Below are positions 13,158 through 24,681 of a DNA stretch of 64,000 nucleotides, in pieces. This DNA comes from Marsupella aquatica (taxonomy: Eukaryota > Plantae > Marchantiophyta), in assembly GCA_973895155.1 (NCBI GenBank), contig OZ316892.1, positions 22,235,168 to 22,299,167 on the forward strand, written 5' to 3'. Below the pieces are notes generated by a model that was given only the letters and a program-made list of their open reading frames with translations, was not told the origin of the DNA and searched no databases. Position numbers and translations under genes: made by a program. Every line of letters begins with the position of its first letter. The stretch's first letter is position 1.

Positions 13158-16100
13158 TCAAAATGGAGCATGTCGTCCCTTCCTCTTTTTGGAACGAGTC
13201 CGAGGTGGTGGGGGTACAATACTAGTCTGGGCAGGAGCCTGGGTGAATGGGGGCTCGTCCATGGTGACTTGGTCCACAACATCTGGCCCCTGTGTAGAGG
13301 TCATAGGAGGCACTGGACCCACGCCACCACCACCACCACCATGTGATGCTAGGGAGTCATGGGAAGGTCCGCTCCCCCCACTTGCATGGCAAGTATGAAA
13401 GGAAGCTGCACCACCCCCACTAGCCCTGTTGCCAACGGACTGCCGTGATGTACCACCCCCCCCGCTCCCTCCTGAATGGCCAAGGGCAATATGAGCACCC
13501 CCAGTCTGGGCTGAAGGGTGAGAGACACCAACTCCACCGGCTGTACTCCCTCCTAACTGGCCAGGGGCAGGTCGACGACCCCCAGTGCGGCCTGAGTGGT
13601 GAGAGACAACACCAACACTACCTCTACTCCCTCTACTCCCTCCTGACTGACCCTGAGCACTAACACCGCCCCCAATGCGGCCTGAGTGGTGAGACACACC
13701 ACCAACACTAGCTCTACTCCCTCCTGACTGACCAGGAGCAATAACATCGCCCCCAATGTGGCGTGAGTGGGGAGAGACACCAGCAACACCACCAGTCCCT
13801 CCTGACTGGCCAGGGGCCCTAACACCACCCCCTGTCGAGCCTGAGTGACGAGAACCTCCCGAGCCACCCCCATCTGCACCAGAGTGCTGTCAGCCTCTAG
13901 AACACCCTTCCCCATGAGGCTCTAATCGGCCAGACTCACCAATAGCATGTCGCTCATCTCGCGACACATGCCGAGTGCCTCGAATATCAGCTCTGCCACT
14001 AGCCCGTGATCGGCGCCGGGGACCCTCACCACCTGTGCCAGCAGCCCGTGAGTCACGTCTGCCACTAGATCCAACCCCTATGGCTCTAGGCTGGTGAGGG
14101 GTCCCACTAGCACCACCCCTACTGGTCCTAGTATGTGTTGCACGAACATCCGCTATGGGGCCACGACGGGTCGACTGAAGAGCCCTAGCACTACCCCTAA
14201 CTGTATCGGACCGGCAAGGAGGGGGTATGGCCACAATCCCCTCCTCTGGGTCCAACAACTCTGAATCAGATTCGCCGGATCCCCCACTGCTATGCCCTGA
14301 GCCCTCGTCCGCCAAGTCCTCACCCTCCGATCCCTCCTTGTTTGAGCCCTGCATATATCCAACCAACCACCCAAATTAGTATACGCTTTTTAGAAATAAA
14401 TTTCAACACCCCATTAAGACATTGCATTAAAAATAATCTCCTTACCGAACCCAGCTCCTCCTTCAAGTGAATCCGAAGAGCCCGTGGTCCTTGTTTCTTA
14501 GCCAACTCCCTCTCTTCTGGCAATATTGGTCGCCCATGCTCGCGCTCCTGCCCCCCTCAAAAAATGCACCGGCAACCAAATTAGTCCCAATTAGTGCCAC
14601 CGGGTCACACCCCAATTAGATCCACACTGGATCACCCCCAACATGTTTTAAAATGGTCAATGGAACCAACCACGATAATCCGCAAGGGTAACCGTCAAAA
14701 AATTTGAAAATTCAAACTATTCGATTACTTTCCGATTGTTTGTTCGATAGCATCAAGGTCGGATTGGAATCGGACACGACGTCCAAAAAAGCCATAGTAG
14801 TATTTCCGATTGTCTTTCCGATTCTATTACTATCGGACCATAATCGGAAATAGGGCCCCGACAAAAAAAGATGGAGTTATCGATCGCATGCATAGCGCGC
14901 TTGCAGGGCCCGCACGGCTTGACAATAAGAGGGGACTTTGGGCCGGGGCTCTTCAAGCAAAGAAGGGCCTTAGGTGATCAAGTGAATGGAGGGAAGAGCT
15001 TGGAGAGAGGAGGTGGAGTCTACTTACAAATTCTGCCTTGAGATACAACGACCCGCCCTGCCCCATTCTGTGAGTGACTACTGGCCTGTTCTCAACTCGA
15101 ATCAATGCCTTTTGCATATGTGAGGGAGGGTCCCCAAGCTGAATTGACTTTGCATCCCAATGTTGCAGGTTTTGATCAGCATGGCGGGTGTCAATAGTCT
15201 CCCCTGCCTGGGCCCTCACTGCAAGGACTTCTAGCTCAGCTTGCCAGTATCTCCTTGCCTGCCAGGCTTGAACCTGCAGCTCGGTCTCAATCCAAGCTGG
15301 CCATACCTCCACAGGAATATCATTTGGGCACCCTCTTTGCCTGATCACCTCCTCACTGTCCTTGCACTCACCAAGGTACTTCCTCAGCTTCTCCCTGATG
15401 TGATTCCTTCTGTCTGCAAGGGATAGACTGATTTTCTTGTTTAAGAACCTGTCATCAATGAATGAGCCATTGCAACAACGTTCCTTCACTTGCTCACGAA
15501 CTCTGAACTTCTCTTCTTCCTTTTTCTTCCCCCAGTAATCTAACACTCCAAAATGGGATCTAAGTACTTGCCCAAGCTGACTCCTGAAAAGATTATAGCT
15601 CTTGGCCCTCGGAGCTCCTCCCTCATTCAAATAAATTTTTGGCCTCTTGCTTCTCTCCTCTGCTCGCAGCTTCTCCTCCTCGGCTCTTTTCCTATCTGCA
15701 GCCCGTGCCTCTCTACGTAAGGCCTTCTCTCTCTCTCTTGTGGTGAGAGGGCCTCCATAGGTACAGTCTCCTTCTCCTCCCTTCTCTTCCTCTTCTTCTC
15801 TTTCTCCCTAGTACGCTGCCTCTCCTCAAATGTTTTCTGAGCTTCAGCAAGAACAGTGCTCCTAGAAGAGTCTAGCAATCCTTGTGTCAATGCAACCACC
15901 TTTTGCGCATGCTCTATGGAGAGCCCTACCTGCTTATGGAAAATTGCAGCCATGATCTCCCCAAAGTCTTCTGATGGCCCTGCTCCATCCCCAGTAGCTC
16001 CTCCAGCCCCACCTTGTCCGGCTCCTGACCCTCCATCTCCACCATCTCCTTGCCCTCCAGCTGTTCCTCCGAATTCTATTCCTGTCCCTGCTCCTGCCCC

Positions 16101-16175
16101 TCCCCCAGCCCCTCCATCGCTCCCCTCCATAGCCATTTGCTCTTCGCTGCCGTGCGCCACGTGCTTGTTTTTCAC
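13158..16175 (-). pseudogene. TnpA-like (Ptta/En/Spm, Transposase_24-like) gene with Gly/Ser-rich C-terminal exon; frameshifted
   Basis: ORFs 15627-16175 and 14953-15630 (CPNDIPVEVW...HRMGQGG), then exon pieces 14320-14550, 13890-14366 and 13158-13697. Transcribed divergently from the transposase. Confidence 0.6.
13480..13870 (-). repeat. Coding tandem repeat of ~70-90 bp (SHHSGRxGG..GQSGGS units)
   Basis: Repeated CTCCCTCCTGACTG...GCCTGAGTGGTGAGA blocks; the repeated peptide is visible in ORF 13158-13697. Confidence 0.7.
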
Positions 16176-19100
16176 AAAGACATGAACTCCCGACTGTTTT
16201 TCGATGCAAAGCCCGACTCAAGTGCGTTCGCACTTAGGTCGGGTGCCCTAAAAATGCTTCCGACTACTTATCCGATTCTATTTACATCGGAAATTCCCAT
16301 TAAAACTGTATCGTAGATTTATCGGATGAACATCGGACCCCTCCTGCGAAGCACTAACCTAAGGCTCTTCCGATATAGAGAACATGGTAAATGAAGTTGG
16401 TCTTGCTTTGGATGACACTACGTTGGTTCTATGTGTTGGTCAGGGGTTCTACGGATAGGGCGGACCATCAGAGCCGTGGTATCCCAAGTCACATGCATGA
16501 TTTTGGAGGTGGTTGGTATGTATATAAGGGTTGCGGGTTATTGTTAAAGGTTACTCCAAATTTTTAGGGTGGCATTTAATTTGGAGTGCCAAATACAATT
16601 TGACCTAGCTAACCTTATATATACATCTTGCATTCGGAATTTTGCAGTTCCTTTTTGCGGAGGGTTAGGTTATTGCGATTATTTTGGGTCCATTTTTGCA
16701 ATGCATCATGCACAGTGAGAGCCCGCACATCTGAAAGGTATTCCCTTCTCTACAATGTGAGCTATATTTACTATGAAGCATTATTTATAATTACTATGAA
16801 TTATTGATATTGGTGTACCCCAATTAAGCTCAAGCCATGGGGAATCACTCGTTGGATTATTAGAACAAGGTGCAAACAAATGAAGGTTCTTTTTAATCTT
16901 GTTGGTGTAATAATTATAATCAAAAATTTGTACTAAAGGCGTTTAAAAATCCAATTTTGGTAAAAATATTAGTTTTTATATTCAGCAAGGTATTTAAAAA
17001 TTTGTCAAAGCCATATAATCAAGGGTACAAGGGTATTTTTAATTGAATTTATTTTTTAATTTATTTTTTCAAATTTCATTGGTTTGTTCTCACGTGTTTT
17101 AGGGGTTTTACTCTAAGTGATTCCCCAGGGAGCTCAAGTGTACTTGTGCAGCAATTGCAGATTTGTCTTAGAATATAATCTAAGGCCAAGATCCTAGTCG
17201 GCACTGCAAAGCGCGGGTCTCATTCAGGTATTATTGATATGAAAACATCTCTATGTTTTTTTTGCCTTCATATTTATTGCATTGGTCCCCTGGGCCCTCA
17301 CTCTTACTATATTAAGTGAACCCCCCTGAGAACAGACACCCCCGTGTACCCCTTCTTAATATTTTTGTTCACAAAAAAAAATCCCTTGTTAATGTAAAAA
17401 CATTATTTTTTCCTATAAAAATTTATCCTTTTGTAAATTATAACAGAGTTTTTCAAGGAATTAAAAAACCCTTGAATTTTTAAAAATTGTAAATATCATA
17501 CTGAAACATAAAAGATTCTATTTTGCATAGGGGAATATTATGTTATGCTGATGTTCATGGTACATATTTTATATAGATCATAACAAAATTAGTACTAAAG
17601 ATTATAGTTCTTCCTAGAGTATATGACTATAACTCAGGCAACTTGTAGACCTCATAGAGATCAACTGAACTAGTACAAAGGCATTATTATGCTATGCTAT
17701 ATCCTTGGAGGAATAATTGCATATATACTACTTATGTAAACTCCAATTGCTAAATTATTCTATCTTGACTAAGAATGGTATGACATCAACCATTAACACC
17801 AAATGATAAGTAGAGTTTTTGGCAACTTCTTTCATGCAACCTGACACATCAAACCACACATTAATCATATATATTCTAGACACAAAGTACTAATAATACA
17901 AAAAATGACTACTGAAAATTGTGGAGAGTAATACCATCAAATCTCCTTTGGCTGAAATTGTTACTTAGACATGGTGGGTAATTTTCCTGCCATCTCTACA
18001 ATCAAACAACTGTGAGCACCGGGTACCCCCCCCAACCCAATGATCAAGGGAGTACACCACCCCACACACAAACACACCTGGCCTCATACCTGGCCATTTG
18101 ATTCGAGGGAATTCAAAAGTAATATTGTTTGTCTATGTGGGATTGATTCATGGGTCCCCATCAATCCCACAACCCCAAACGAGTTGGGCCCCAAAATCCT
18201 GGCCCAACATTTACTTAACTCCCAACTTAACACATGCGGGTAAACAAGTCTACCATGCAAGCCCATGAAACCAAACTTGCCTTAAGAGGATAAATAATTA
18301 AATGTCTAATTTACTATATGGACATGTGTGCCAATGAAGTGATGACATGTGTGCCAACCATATAGTGACACATGTCCTTGGCATTTTAGGTACCCTTGCA
18401 TAAGATTAATGTGACATGTATTTGATAAGAGCCTTATTACTAATATTGTGATGAATGTATATACATGGATGTTGCCTACTTTAAAAAACATTATAAAAAT
18501 TAGTTTGCATTACATTAAAAATACCCTTGCGTTGTTCGCACGTCCTCCCCGCATTAGTAACGCTGAGGGCCCAGGGCATTGGTCTTACATATTTAATTCC
18601 CACAATGGCACATAAAAGGTTATTTTTGTATGGGTGATGGACAGATGTCTTCTTCCGAGAGTTCAGAGTCGGATTCTGACTCAACCTCTTCATCTTCTGA
18701 GGGGGACATTCCTCCCCCCCTCCGAGGCTTCAATGTCCTCCTCCTCTAGGACCTATTCCATGTTGGTGTGTCCGATGTAAAGGCATGGTGGTTCGTCAAG
18801 CCTGGGAAGCCATTGAGCATATTGAGAACTATGGCAAACACGAGGGCAATTTACCAGGATATTCTACTCGCGAGGTATGCACAATTAATTGCTCTTGGAG
18901 ACATTGACATGTACAATTTGCCACATTGCACCCATACATTTATTAATTGTTTTTTTTTGTGATTGAATAGGTGCCTCGTAGGACCCCTCCTCCATTGGTC
19001 TCTAATGACTTAAGTATGGGTAAATACGCTTTTGGCTGGTGCAAGAGAGTTGCTTGCATCATCATCAGCTCCCTCTCCATCTAGCCCCCCGTGTTCAGCC

Positions 19101-19397
19101 AGAGAGTGTAGCAGTTCCATCTAGGGTTGGACGCACCCGAGCACGTTCCCAGAGACAACATCGTCGTTATGAACCCTTGCCAGGCACTCATGAGACTGAG
19201 GAGCAAGTTGTAGACCGTACTCTTAGAGTGCCACCAGGAGAGGACTAGTATGTGGAAGTGGAAGGGAGGTTGGGGTTGTCATATGTCACCGGGAAGGCAT
19301 TGACAGTGTTGAAGGATTTCTCGTCTGAGAGATTCAAAATACCCCCTGGCCTAACCACTGATACCCCTATCCACATATATGGGGTCACCAATGGATA

Positions 19398-19895
19398 GTG
19401 AAGGCATCTTCCCTTGGCCCTAACATAGGATTTGGGGTGTTTGCCTTGGAGGACATTGTGGTCCCGCCCAAGCCGTGGCCCCGAGGTTATGATGGTGAGC
19501 ACCTATTTCCATACATTGGTCCTGTGTATACTTCAAAAGGTTGGAACATTCTATTGCGCCAACACCCATCGTGGGGTGTCTATGCATTGCAAATGGATTC
19601 TGATCCAGATGAGCTCATACGGAGGCCTTGGCATTCTCGGATGATTGATGGCGACCCTGTTCGCTCCGATAATATAGTTGGGTACATCAATAGTACTCGT
19701 GGTAGAGGGAGAGGACTTAGGCCTAATGTAGAGTGGATTCAGATATTTGGTCCACCTAGAGAGCCTTACTATGTAAAACATATGGATGATCATGTCATGA
19801 CTGTAGCCATTACAACCATTAGGGCTGGCCAGGAGTTGTTTTGTGACTATGAGTGGGATAGGCCCAAGAAAGCATTGCTTTCTCGCCCCATGTAG
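19398..19895 (+). CDS. SET-domain protein carried inside the CACTA element (upstream exons from ~18645 contain stops, so probably a pseudogene)
   Basis: SET motifs GFGVFALEDI, GYINSTRG...PNV and IRAGQELFCDY. Confidence 0.8.
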   Translation: MKASSLGPNIGFGVFALEDIVVPPKPWPRGYDGEHLFPYIGPVYTSKGWNILLRQHPSWGVYALQMDSDPDELIRRPWHSRMIDGDPVRSDNIVGYINSTRGRGRGLRPNVEWIQIFGPPREPYYVKHMDDHVMTVAITTIRAGQELFCDYEWDRPKKALLSRPM

Positions 19896-20130
19896 GGCAG
19901 ACATATATGTATATATACCACCTTTTTGTTTAACATAAAATACATGATACAGGTTTTCAAACTAAATTGGTTAGTTGTGTAAGTCAATCTTTGATCAAGG
20001 TTTGAAAGTATACTAGTAGAATGTGAAAAGAGAATTGTAATTTTGTGGGGAAACCAAAAAGCCTATACCTTTAAACACTTGTCTCATTGTGGCCCTTCTA
20101 ATATAATATGTATGTTTGTGAAATGTTAGA

Positions 20131-23100
20131 ATGCATATGTTCAACCAGATATGGGGGTATTATCACGAGCAATGCGGCAACACCTTGTTGAGGCCATGGG
20201 TGATTGACGTAGGGCTCAAGCATCAGAGAATGAAGATGCCCCTCCTGAGCATGTGTCTAATGCCACCGAAGATAGACTTGAGGAGGAGAGGGCCATGGAT
20301 GATCTTATGCACCAGTTCTATGACGTGGAGGATGGTGACCATGATATGGGTGATGCATGTGACACCAATGCACATCCTCATGGTGACAATCCTTCACAAG
20401 GTTCTTCCTCTAGACAATGGGAGGAAGCTCGTGACCATGCGCAAACACGAATTTTTGAGGGGTCACAACTATCTTGGCTCTCAGGAATAATGTTATTGTT
20501 GAACTTGCAGCAAAGACATGGAGCAAGCAATCTCCTTCTTGATGATCTCTTCAGGACCTTGCATAGTCGTATTTTGCCAGAAGGGAACTGCTTGCCTAGT
20601 TCATGGAAAGCGGCAAAAAAGGTGTTGAAATCCATAGGCCTCAAATACAAAGTCATACATGCTTGTGTGAATGATTGTGTTTAGTTCAGGGGGGACACAA
20701 AGATGCCACTACATGTCCTACATGTGACCAACCGAGGTATCTAGAGGACATGCTGACTGGAAAAGTAGCACAGAAGGTCATGAGGTATTTTCCTCTTATC
20801 CCCAGATTACGGCACCAGTACCGATGTGCAGAGTTGGCTGAGTATATGGTGTGGCATTCCAAGAACCGGTCAGATATGAGTTCAGATTGGCCAACCATGC
20901 GTATGATGGTGGACTCACCTGCAAATAGGTTTGTGGAGGACTGATGGGGTGACTTCAAGACAGACCCACGTCATGCACGACTAGGTTTGGCATCAGATGG
21001 GATCAGCCCCTTTGCATTGGCCGGGAAGGCCCAACCATACTCAGTTTGGCCAGTAGTCCTTACAAATTACAACATCCCTCCATGGATGGCCATGAAGAAA
21101 GGTCATTTGCTGCTCTCAATGATTATCCCAGGCCCCAAGCAAGTAAAAAAGATTGATGTTTACTTGCAACCATTGTTGGAGGAGCTTCAACAACTATGGA
21201 GGGGAGTGGATTGCTATGATGGTCGAGTGCTGACGGGTGGTTTACCTCATGAATTTAAATTAAAAGCCATCGTTATGTGGACCATACATGATCTTCCTGG
21301 TATGTTAAAATATACCTTCCCCAATATTATGCATGGTTTTTTATGGTAGATAATACACTATAGGATAATGTTATATATAAAAGTTTGCCTGGCTATTGTT
21401 TAATGTATTGATTGTGTGTGTTGTAGGGTTTGGATATATCTCTGGGTTGCAGACATCAGGATACCGAGCCTGCCCAACTTGTGGTCCTGATTTGGAGGGA
21501 GTGGCACGCCCTAAGTCTACCACCCCACGGAAGATAGTTTACATTGGTCACACAAAGTATCTCCCCCCAGAGCATGAATGGAGGCGTGACCCATTCTTAT
21601 ATGACACGGATGATGGCCAACCAGACACACGCCCTCAACCAGTGCCAAGGGATCCACGCTATTGGAAGGAGGTATGGGATAGAGTGACAGACCCAGATGA
21701 TCCCTTACCATTGGCCCGGTGTGGCATGACTCGTTTGTCTGCATTAATGTCAAAGCTGCCATATTGGGCTGAGATGCCAATTAACCATTTGTTTGACCCT
21801 ATGCATATTGAGGGGAACGTTGGGAGGTCATTGATTCGCCATCTATACGGAGAGAAAGACAACAACTGGAGAGAGAGTTGTGAGGAGATGGGGATGCATG
21901 GTCCTCATGGTTTTTGGCCATCTATGGATCCCTCTAATGGCCCCCTTACTATTCACCCTCCTTGGGTATTGACCAGAGGCGAGCGGATTGAGTTCCGCAA
22001 TCGTATAGGGTCAATGAGGCTTCCTACGGGCTACAGGGCCAATCTGCGCAAGGCATTTGGGGGACCAGACTGTCCACGTTGGCCAGCTTTCTTGAAGACC
22101 CATGATTACCATTGTCTACTACAACATGTCATTCCAGTGGCCATCATTGGATTGGGTAGTGAGGATCTTCGTGATGCCCTGTGGTCATTAGGTAAGCTCT
22201 TGAGGTGGGTGTGTCAAAAAGAGGTGAATGAGGATGAGATTGCAGCTATGGACCTGTTTGGAGTGGAGGTATTGTGCAAGTTGGAGAGGGCACTCCCTCC
22301 TTCATTCTTTAATGGCCAAGTTCACTTCCTCCTACACCTAGTGCATGAGGTTGGCATTGCAGGGCCGGTACATTGTCTTTGGATGTACTGGGTAGAGCGG
22401 TTTATGGGAGTGATGAAGTCATATGTGTCAAATCGTGCGAGAGTGGAAGGTAGCATCACTGAGCGTCATCTTGGAGCAGAGAGCATGTTTTATTGTACAA
22501 ACATTGTAGCTACACTTGATCCCAGTGCACCAAGGGGGTGGATAGACGAGGCATCAAGGGAAGCAGACTTTGAAGATGACCGTCTTACAGGGGCAAAGGG
22601 AGAATGACTTTTGGGCTCAGCTGAGCGCCTTCAAGTCACTACATTTATGTTGTATAACTTGCTTGAGATTGTGGGAGATGGACAACTTTTTATGAGGAGG
22701 AAAAGGCAAATAGTCATCGGCCATGCATCTTCCCCAAGTTTGTCCCATACATGAGGGCAAAGTTGACCGAGATTGATGCCTTGTTGGAGCAAGGGGAGAG
22801 CGTGTCAGACTTCCCTTTGGTTACAGACAGCCTTCGCACCTTGGTTCATGGACCATTACTCACGGTGACAACTTGGACCGCCATGTGGTCAAAGGGAAGG
22901 CATTTTTGTGTGCAACGGCTTGATGATAAGAGGGCAGCTACACAGGATTGTGGGGTCATGGGTTGGTTCACCCAAGATTCACAAAGTAGCACATCTGATA
23001 GGAATCCAATACGCTCTACAGTGGCCCACTATGGCAAGATTGAAGAGATATTGACAGTGCATTATCATGCACACACCACTTTGGAGGAGGTGGTGTTGAA

Positions 23101-23383
23101 GTGCAAATGGTTTTGGATGAACCTTGTTGGCCATAACCGAACTTGCAAAAAGGATGCTTGTGGGTTCACACGGTTGAAGACAGGTGCAAATAGTGTCATT
23201 AGCTCAACTTGGAGAACCTCTGATCCATTTGCATTCCCCCACCATCTTGAGCAGGCCTTCTATCTTCCGTATCCCGATGATCCTGAGTGGTCCATTGTCA
23301 TGACTTATATTCCACGATCACGATCCATCATCCAGGAGCGACCCAATGTGGTTGTAGTTGAAGATTTGGACCCCGAGCCTTGA
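20131..23383 (+). pseudogene. CACTA TnpD-type transposase (Transposase_21, DUF4218, DUF4216-like), broken by stops and frameshifts
   Basis: Motifs ASDGISPF, WPVVLTNYNIPPW, IIPGPKQ, IDVYLQPLLEEL, WTIHDLPG, LKTHDYH, LPPSFF, WMYWVERFM and NRARVEGSI. In-frame GT-AG intron at 21300-21426. Confidence 0.95.
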
Positions 23384-24681
23384 GGTCCTTGCTAGCTAGT
23401 GTAACTTGGGATTAATCGCGTAGGACCCCTCCATATGTTTATTTTTACCGGCATTATATATATCATTGTTGTATTTCATGTTCCCTCTACTATGAAAGGG
23501 ACCAGATTTCTTAATAAAGTTATGAGTATTCGTTTTCCACACCATATCTGATACAATGAACATCGCATAATTGTCGAAAACATCTTACCTTAATTCCAAA
23601 ACCTTGTCCGATTCAGTCTGCATCGGACCCCTCTTAACAGTTATCGGATACTTGTCCGATACATTTCCGTTACTAATCTTATCGGAAGACATCCGATTCT
23701 AAAACTAACGGAAGGAAGGACCGTTTACATTTGCATCGGAAGGTTAACATGCGATTCAAAAAGAATGGCAAATTGCGTTACTATTGAAGTCGGACAATTC
23801 CGACGCATTTCCGATTTGTTTAGTGTCACGTCGTAGGCTTCGGCCTTAACTCAGACTTCAGCTTAGACGGGCACATCCCTCATAAATCTGAGGGTTCGGG
23901 CAGGAAGGGAAGCACGTAATGCACCTTATTCTCGTAAACTAGCGCTAAGTGCGCATACTGCTAAATACGGACACCTCCTAGGTATGGTTTGTGTTCCGCC
24001 GCTGGAACGTACCTTAGTCGATAGCAGGATCGACCCCGGCTTAAGGGCTTCTAAGCCTTCGTGCTGTCCGCCTTCGATCCGGATTCGATAATACAGGTCC
24101 TCAACCCGTGCTCGCAACCACTTACCCGCAGGCTGCACCCTGTGCACGTCTCGGGTAGTGCGTTCGGCCCGGCGCTGCCACCCATATACGAGAAACCCAC
24201 ACACATATGCGCACACATGCATACAATCTCGATTTACACGAAGGAAAAATGATGGGAAAGGATTTTACTACAAAGGGAACATATGCGTACACTTAGTTGA
24301 CACGACAGCCCTGGAATGCACAGGTTCAAGGCCAAGGGTGCACACTACAACGGAGCCCGGCTCCGCACTCGCCCGGCGAGCTTAGTCCTACCCCCTCCCC
24401 TTGGTACTCTGTCATTCCCAGAGGTCGGGACTCCCCGCATGTCCCGCGGATGTCCGACTCTGAAACTAAAAACCCCCCTGCCTCTACCGAGGGGTGCACT
24501 AAATACTAAGAGCCGAGGAACGGGGCGTCCTCCCGCCGAAGATTCGCTGACCAAGGTCCTAACTAAGCTGACAGTCAGGCCGGAAAATGGCTGTGTCTTA
24601 TTAGAAGATCCTAATCTACGCAGGCTGGACAGCACGGCAGTGCTGCTGCACCTAAGGCAGGTGCCTGTCCCAAGAGCCTGA

